Assembly (NCBI GenBank): GCA_965208105.1
Contig: OZ242318.1
Span: 1,504,001 to 1,568,000 of the forward strand
From: Candidatus Latescibacterota bacterium
GTDB lineage: Bacteria; Latescibacterota; UBA2968; UBA8231
Direction: 5' to 3'
Length of the DNA: 64,000 bases
The notes below the pieces were generated by a model. It searched no databases, was not told the DNA's origin, and saw only the letters and a program-made list of their open reading frames with translations. Shown piece by piece: positions 59,005 through 64,000 of this stretch. Position 1 is the stretch's first letter. Each line of letters opens with the position of its first letter. The translations under genes and the position numbers were made by a program.

Positions 59005-59586
59005 ATGAGAAGCATCGTCTGCATCGGCGATTCGATCCGCATGGGATATATGCCCGCAGTGGAGAAAGTGCTGGAGGGCTGGGGAAAGGTACTGGGGATC
59101 GGGGAAGTCCAGGGGGGCAACACGCGCAATGTCCTGGCGCACCTCGACCAGTGGGCGATCCGCCCCGCGCCCGACATCGTCTACCTCAACGCCGGATTGC
59201 ACGACCTGGCCAGGGATCCGGGGCCGGGGCCGGAAAACCAGGTCCCTCCTTCCGAGTACTCCCTCAATCTGCGGCGGATCTTCGGCCGCCTGCGCCGGGA
59301 AACGGAGGCGCTGCTACTGTTCGCCCTGACCACTCCGGTGGACCTGGCGCGGCAGCACGCAGTCGACTACGCCAGCAACCGCACCATCGACGACGTGATT
59401 CTCTACAACGAGGCGGCCGCCCGGGTGACCGCGGAGCTCGGGATTCCCACCCTCGACCTCTACCAGGTAGCGGTGGACCAGGGAACGGACCGCATGCTCG
59501 GCGAGGACGGGGTCCACTTCACCGCTGCAGGTTCGGCGGTCCTCGGCCGGGCCGTGGCTGACTTCATCCGCAGCAAAGGAGGGTGA
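59005..59586 (+). CDS. SGNH/GDSL hydrolase
   Basis: IGDSIR, NAGLHD and DGVH. Confidence 0.9.
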   Translation: MRSIVCIGDSIRMGYMPAVEKVLEGWGKVLGIGEVQGGNTRNVLAHLDQWAIRPAPDIVYLNAGLHDLARDPGPGPENQVPPSEYSLNLRRIFGRLRRETEALLLFALTTPVDLARQHAVDYASNRTIDDVILYNEAAARVTAELGIPTLDLYQVAVDQGTDRMLGEDGVHFTAAGSAVLGRAVADFIRSKGG

Positions 59587-59636
59587 AACCGGAAGTCGCA
59601 GTCAATCCACCCCACAAACCGACTGGAGAAGTTCCC

Positions 59637-60167
59637 GTGAAAAAAATTCTGCTCACCGCCTTACTGTCCTCCCTGGTCCTTTTCGCCTGGGGTTTCGTCT
59701 CGTGGACCATCCTGCCCTGGCACAATACCGTCGCCAACAAGTTCAAAAGCGAAGCCGCCGTGGCCGAGGTCCTGAAACAGAATGCTCCGAGGGCCGGAAT
59801 CTACTACCTGCCCTTTGCCCAGGAAGATCAAAAGCCGGGGGAAACGGCCGCCTTCGTCAACGTCCTGCCGCGGGGCCTTCTCACGGGCATGGAAGGGATG
59901 ATGGGAAAGGCCGTGGTAGGTCAATTCGTCGCCGCCCTGCTCGTCATCCTCCTGCTGCGCACCACCTCGAACCTCGGCTACGCGGGACGGGTCGCCTTCG
60001 TCGGCCTCGTCGGGGTGGTCATCGGCTTCGCCAGCCATTTCCCCTACTGGAACTGGTTCGGATTTTCCACCAACTACGTGCTGGTCATCATCGCCGACTC
60101 GGCCGTCGCCTGGACCCTCGCAGGGCTGGTAATGGCCAGGTCCGTCACCGGCAGGACGGCATGGTAG
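59637..60167 (+). CDS. Four-TM membrane protein of unknown function
   Basis: GTG start after GGAG; four hydrophobic helices; YWNWFGF. Confidence 0.75.
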   Translation: MKKILLTALLSSLVLFAWGFVSWTILPWHNTVANKFKSEAAVAEVLKQNAPRAGIYYLPFAQEDQKPGETAAFVNVLPRGLLTGMEGMMGKAVVGQFVAALLVILLLRTTSNLGYAGRVAFVGLVGVVIGFASHFPYWNWFGFSTNYVLVIIADSAVAWTLAGLVMARSVTGRTAW

Positions 60168-60183
60168 AATCCGTCTCGACCGG

Positions 60184-61110
60184 ATGGAAATGGAGCGGAT
60201 GAAAATGCTGGTGCGGGAGGACATCGTCCGCGGCCTGCGCGGGACTGGCCTGAAACCCGGCGACGTGGTCCTGGTGCACTCGGCCATGCGCACCTTCGGG
60301 CCCATCGACGGCGGCGCCGAGACGGTCATCGCCGCCTTCCTCGATGTAATCGGGGCGCGGGGGACCCTGGTGGCGCCCACTTTCACCTTCGCCCACGAGG
60401 GCGGGGACGATCCCGTGATCGACCCGGCCGCCGACCCATCGGAGATGGGCATCATCACCGAGACCCTGCGACGGCACCCGGATGCTCTCAGAAGCACGGC
60501 CTACCGCCACAGCTTCGCCGCGCTCGGCCACCGCGCCCGGGTCATCACCGAGGTTGACCCGGCGCTCTCCTCCTTCGACCTGCGCTCGACCTTCGGCGTC
60601 ATGCTGGCCCTGGACGCCCAGATCGTTCTCCTGGGACTGACCTACGCCAATTCCACCAGCCACCACTTCGCCGAATTCGTCTGCGACGTCCCCTACCGCC
60701 ACACCATTCCCATGACGGTCAGGCTGCGGCGCCCGGACGGCGCCGTCGCGCGCCAGCCCATGGTGGACTATCAGCCCAAGCCGGGGGCCGGAGGCGAGTA
60801 CTACGGCTCGCGCCGACCCGACTTCAACCGCCTGGGACGAATGCTCGAGGAACAGGGAACGGTGGGCATGGCCGGCATCGGCAACTGCGCCGTGCGCCGC
60901 TTCTCCATGCGCGATCTCGTCGACCTGGCGCAGGTGGAGGCCGCAAGGGACTACAACATCTTCCGCACCCCGGAGGGCAGGCCCGACTACTGCACCCCGC
61001 TCGACTTCGGAACGGTTGTGCTGAGCCCGGAGATGCTCGACGCCGCCGGCCGGCCGGGAAGGAATACCTGGTGCGTGATGGATCCCTCCCACCTGAAGAT
61101 GCCCGGCTGA
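60184..61110 (+). CDS. AAC(3)/YokD-family N-acetyltransferase
   Basis: GDVVLVHSAM, GTLVAPTFT, MGIITE, HSFAALG and NSTSHH; several possible starts between 60184 and 60205. Confidence 0.85.
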   Translation: MEMERMKMLVREDIVRGLRGTGLKPGDVVLVHSAMRTFGPIDGGAETVIAAFLDVIGARGTLVAPTFTFAHEGGDDPVIDPAADPSEMGIITETLRRHPDALRSTAYRHSFAALGHRARVITEVDPALSSFDLRSTFGVMLALDAQIVLLGLTYANSTSHHFAEFVCDVPYRHTIPMTVRLRRPDGAVARQPMVDYQPKPGAGGEYYGSRRPDFNRLGRMLEEQGTVGMAGIGNCAVRRFSMRDLVDLAQVEAARDYNIFRTPEGRPDYCTPLDFGTVVLSPEMLDAAGRPGRNTWCVMDPSHLKMPG

Positions 61111-61119
61111 ACCCCCGGA

Positions 61120-61992
61120 TCAGATCCCGTAGAGAGCCTCCGAGTTCTTCGAGAACATGGCCGCCTTCTCGTCCCGGCTGAAGTCGGAGACGATCTCGGT
61201 GTAGGCGTCGACCACCGCATCGTAGGAACTCCACAGCCAGTCCACCGGCCAGTTGGAGGCGAACAGGGAGCGCTCCGGTCCGAAGGTCTCGATGCAGTGC
61301 AGCACGTAGGGGCGGATGCTGTCTACGGTCCAGGTGTTGTCGCCGATGCCGAGGCCCGAAATCTTGCAGATCACGTTGCCAGCCTCGGCGGCCGCGGCCA
61401 TTCCGCGCTTCCAATCCTGGTAGTACTGCGGGCTGCGTTCGGTGGGGAACCCGGCGTGGTCGATGACGATTGGGACTTCGGCGAACCTGGCGGCGAGGCC
61501 GCGGAGCTTGACCATATCCTGCCATTGCACCGGCATGCTCGACACCAGGCCGTACTTCTGCAGAAGGGCGAAGCCGCGGTGAAAGTCGGGCTCGACGAGA
61601 TAATCGCCGTAGGAGAAATCGCGCACCCCCTTCATGCGCGGGAAGCGGCAGTGGCGCTCCAGCACCGCCTCGACGTTGGCGTCCCTGAGGTCGGCATGGG
61701 CAACGATGGCGTGGGGAAAGCCGGTGCGGTCAGCCGCCTGCTGCAACCACTCGGTCTCCTTGACCGGGTCCTCGGTGCCGATGGCCGCCTGCACGTGCAC
61801 CGCCTTGGTGACGTTGGCGCCGCGGGTCTCGGCGATGTAGTCCTCGGCCAGGTAGTTCCTCTCCGCCAGCTTCTGGATCTGATCGCCTAGAAAGGGGTGG
61901 GGCACCCCCGGCTGCCAGTGTCCGTAGAAGAGCTCCGGGTGCTGCATGTCGTAGAAGTGCACGTGGGCGTCGACGAAATCGAGTCTGGACAT
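61120..61992 (-). CDS. Amidohydrolase_2 family, sugar-lactonase-like
   Basis: DAHVH, VHVQA, IDHAG.P, CKISG and FASNWP. Confidence 0.88.
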   Translation of the reverse strand: MSRLDFVDAHVHFYDMQHPELFYGHWQPGVPHPFLGDQIQKLAERNYLAEDYIAETRGANVTKAVHVQAAIGTEDPVKETEWLQQAADRTGFPHAIVAHADLRDANVEAVLERHCRFPRMKGVRDFSYGDYLVEPDFHRGFALLQKYGLVSSMPVQWQDMVKLRGLAARFAEVPIVIDHAGFPTERSPQYYQDWKRGMAAAAEAGNVICKISGLGIGDNTWTVDSIRPYVLHCIETFGPERSLFASNWPVDWLWSSYDAVVDAYTEIVSDFSRDEKAAMFSKNSEALYGI

Positions 61993-62135
61993 GGATTCTT
62001 CCCTTCCCTGAAGATGGTTGCCCGGGGCTCCCTGCGAGGGCGCCGGGTGAATCTGCCGCGCCGGCCCTCCTCCTCCCCGGGTCCCGGGGAGGCCATCCGT
62101 CCCGGGCCGCCCTGGCCCGCGGTGGGGCCCGCGGT

Positions 62136-63152
62136 TCAGCCGCAGACAGCGTCGCGGCTGCGCATGGCAAAGCTAATTCCGGTGCTGAACTCCTCGAACC
62201 CTGCTCTGCGGCAGATCCCCATGGCCTCCTCGTCGGCCGCCGGGACGCCCACATCGACGACGCGCACGGAATCGACGCGGTCCAATCTTTCAAGGAGACG
62301 GGCGAGAAGCCGGGCCCTGACACCGGAGGTTCGGCAGCGTGGATCGGCCAGGGGAAAGGTGACCCGGCCGAATGGGGAGCCGGGGCCATGGGTGCAGGCC
62401 CCGCCGGCGACGATGCGGCCGTCGCGCTCGGCCACCAGCACCTCGGTGCCCTCCCGGTCCAGCATGCCCGCCGCCTCCCCGGCGCAGCGCTGGCGCCAGG
62501 TCTTGCCGCAGAGGACGCCGAAGCGCTCCTCCATCGACCTGTCGAGGCAGGAACCACCGACCCCATCGCCGCCGAAAAGCGTCCGCAGGCGCCCGGCGTC
62601 CTCCCTTCCAGCCCTGCGCACAACCAGGCCCGGATCACCCGCGGCCTCCTCGCCCGGCGGCTTCAGGCCGCGCTTCCAGGCCGAGTAGCCGACCTGCCTG
62701 TGGACCTCCGCGAAGCCCACCTTCTCGTATACCCGCCGCGCCGGACGGTCGTGCTCCAGGGTGGCGACGCAGAGAATCTCGCAGCCTTTGCGGTCGATCA
62801 TGTCCCTCACCATCGCGGCGACCAGCCGTGTACCAATTCCCCGACCCTGGCAGGCCGGGTCCACCGCATTGGCTCCCACCTGCCAGGTGCCGAACTCGGC
62901 GCATGGTATGCAGGAACAATATCCCACCACCCTGCCCTCGACCTCGGCCACGAGGACCTCCCCCAGGTTCCTGCCGAGAGAGCGCCTGGTGGCCACCGCC
63001 TTGTCGCGGACTCCCCCGCCAATGCCGTAGCGCTCCTTGATGGCCTGGGCGGCGCAATAGGGACCGAAGGAGTGCAGGGTGATCCTGAAGATGGGCTCCA
63101 GGTCGTCGCCCACCGCCCGTCTGAGGCGGATCATTTCAGCGGCTGCCTTCAC
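62136..63152 (-). CDS. Tandem GNAT acetyltransferase
   Basis: VDP..QGRGIG and ARRVYEKVGF in domain 1; second degenerate GNAT domain; start 63152 (GTG) or 63134. Confidence 0.8.
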   Translation of the reverse strand: MKAAAEMIRLRRAVGDDLEPIFRITLHSFGPYCAAQAIKERYGIGGGVRDKAVATRRSLGRNLGEVLVAEVEGRVVGYCSCIPCAEFGTWQVGANAVDPACQGRGIGTRLVAAMVRDMIDRKGCEILCVATLEHDRPARRVYEKVGFAEVHRQVGYSAWKRGLKPPGEEAAGDPGLVVRRAGREDAGRLRTLFGGDGVGGSCLDRSMEERFGVLCGKTWRQRCAGEAAGMLDREGTEVLVAERDGRIVAGGACTHGPGSPFGRVTFPLADPRCRTSGVRARLLARLLERLDRVDSVRVVDVGVPAADEEAMGICRRAGFEEFSTGISFAMRSRDAVCG

Positions 63153-63999
63153 CGTCCCCTCTCCCGAACGCCGCCTCCATTTCCCGCCGCACCCTCACCG
63201 CCGCATCCCCTTCATCCCGGTGGACGTCGTCCCAGCGCAGCTGCCGGCCGGCTTTCACGTCGCGCCGGAGGCGGACGTTGTGAGCCAGACCCAGGGGCAG
63301 GGCGCCCATTTCCAGCGACCTCTGCGCCGGGACCTGCCGGCCCCAGACGCAGTATCCTCCTTCGCCGTCGAGGATCTCGCCCGCCCTGAGGTCCCTCTTG
63401 GCGGTGGCCACCACGTCGGAGCGAAACCCGGTGGGCGCACCGGTGGGCTCGCCGCGCAGGGCCACCGAGGCCACCGAGACCCCCAGCTCCAGGCCGATCA
63501 TGTGGATGGGCCTGAACAGCGCCGCGTAGCTGCCGGTGGAGTCTGGCAGCATTCTGTACTCCTCGAAGCATCGTCGCACGTAGTCGTTGTCGGCCTCCAC
63601 CACCACGTAGGTCCCCACCATCAGGTCGTTTTCCACCGGACGCATGTCGCGGTGCAGCGAGGACACGACTTCGGTGGTGCCGGCGTGCCGGAGAGTGCCG
63701 CCGGCCTCCCGGGGCTTGCACACCTCCGCCAGCTCCCAGCACGAGGCGGGGGGAAACCCCAGGCCCTCCGGCTGCGGCGTCAGCCCGGTTGTGTTGCACA
63801 CCGCGCTCATCTCGATGGCCGACTTGCTGCCGTCGATGAAGCTGTTGAACATCTTGGGATTCATGCCGCCGCGCTCGGCGGTCTCGCGCCCGAAGTGGAA
63901 ATTGTCCCACACCGTATCCGGGGTGGACTGGTGGAATCCGGGGTGGTAGCGGGTTCCCTTGCCGGCGCAGGTGACCTGGAAGCCGCAGGTCCGGGCCCA
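63136..63999 (-). CDS. NAD(P)-dependent homoserine-dehydrogenase-like oxidoreductase with C-terminal SAF domain (5'-truncated)
   Basis: MFNSFIDGSKSAIEM, RPIH.IGLE, AKRDL.AGE.LDGEGGY and LPLGLA. Confidence 0.85.
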   Translation of the reverse strand, partial: WARTCGFQVTCAGKGTRYHPGFHQSTPDTVWDNFHFGRETAERGGMNPKMFNSFIDGSKSAIEMSAVCNTTGLTPQPEGLGFPPASCWELAEVCKPREAGGTLRHAGTTEVVSSLHRDMRPVENDLMVGTYVVVEADNDYVRRCFEEYRMLPDSTGSYAALFRPIHMIGLELGVSVASVALRGEPTGAPTGFRSDVVATAKRDLRAGEILDGEGGYCVWGRQVPAQRSLEMGALPLGLAHNVRLRRDVKAGRQLRWDDVHRDEGDAAVRVRREMEAAFGRGDGEGSR

Positions 64000-64000
64000 G

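Noticed and set aside
60184-61110. AAC(3) gene as an aminoglycoside-resistance determinant
   Set aside because: Chromosomal metabolic context, no mobile element and a divergent sequence; the family includes many non-resistance YokD-like acetyltransferases.

Overview
GC-rich bacterial chromosome segment with about 55 CDS and one tRNA-Thr(TGT). I saw no CRISPR array, transposase or phage gene. The gene content (PhyH paralogs, NHL-repeat, lamin-tail and CBM9-like secreted proteins, many Gfo/Idh/MocA, amidohydrolase and beta-propeller enzymes) suggests an uncultured Gram-negative lineage such as Ca. Latescibacterota or Poribacteria; this is inference only. The left part (1-38 kb) is mostly housekeeping: ppk1, dapBA, AICAR transformylase, rpoZ-like, sulfite/nitrite reductase with ferredoxin, TPP-dependent E1 alpha/beta, uvrB, dnaK, pgi, gnd and a Na/Pi symporter. 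The right part (39-64 kb) is a catabolic region that looks like sugar/sugar-acid breakdown. Main observations: (1) four unrelated secreted proteins end in the same short C-terminal motif [TS]-x-V-x3-[ST]-W-[GA]-x-[IVL]-K, a candidate uncharacterised sorting or anchoring signal; (2) a eukaryote-like alkyl-DHAP synthase sits directly upstream of a DHRS7B/PexRAP-like reductase, a candidate ether-lipid module; (3) two PhyH-family Fe/2OG enzymes carry the halogenase-type HxA motif; (4) three sigma-54-type promoters precede dnaK, the rpoZ-like gene and the lamin-tail gene, and two of them share a near-identical 17-bp upstream element. All protein family calls come from motifs recognised by eye; no database searches were run.
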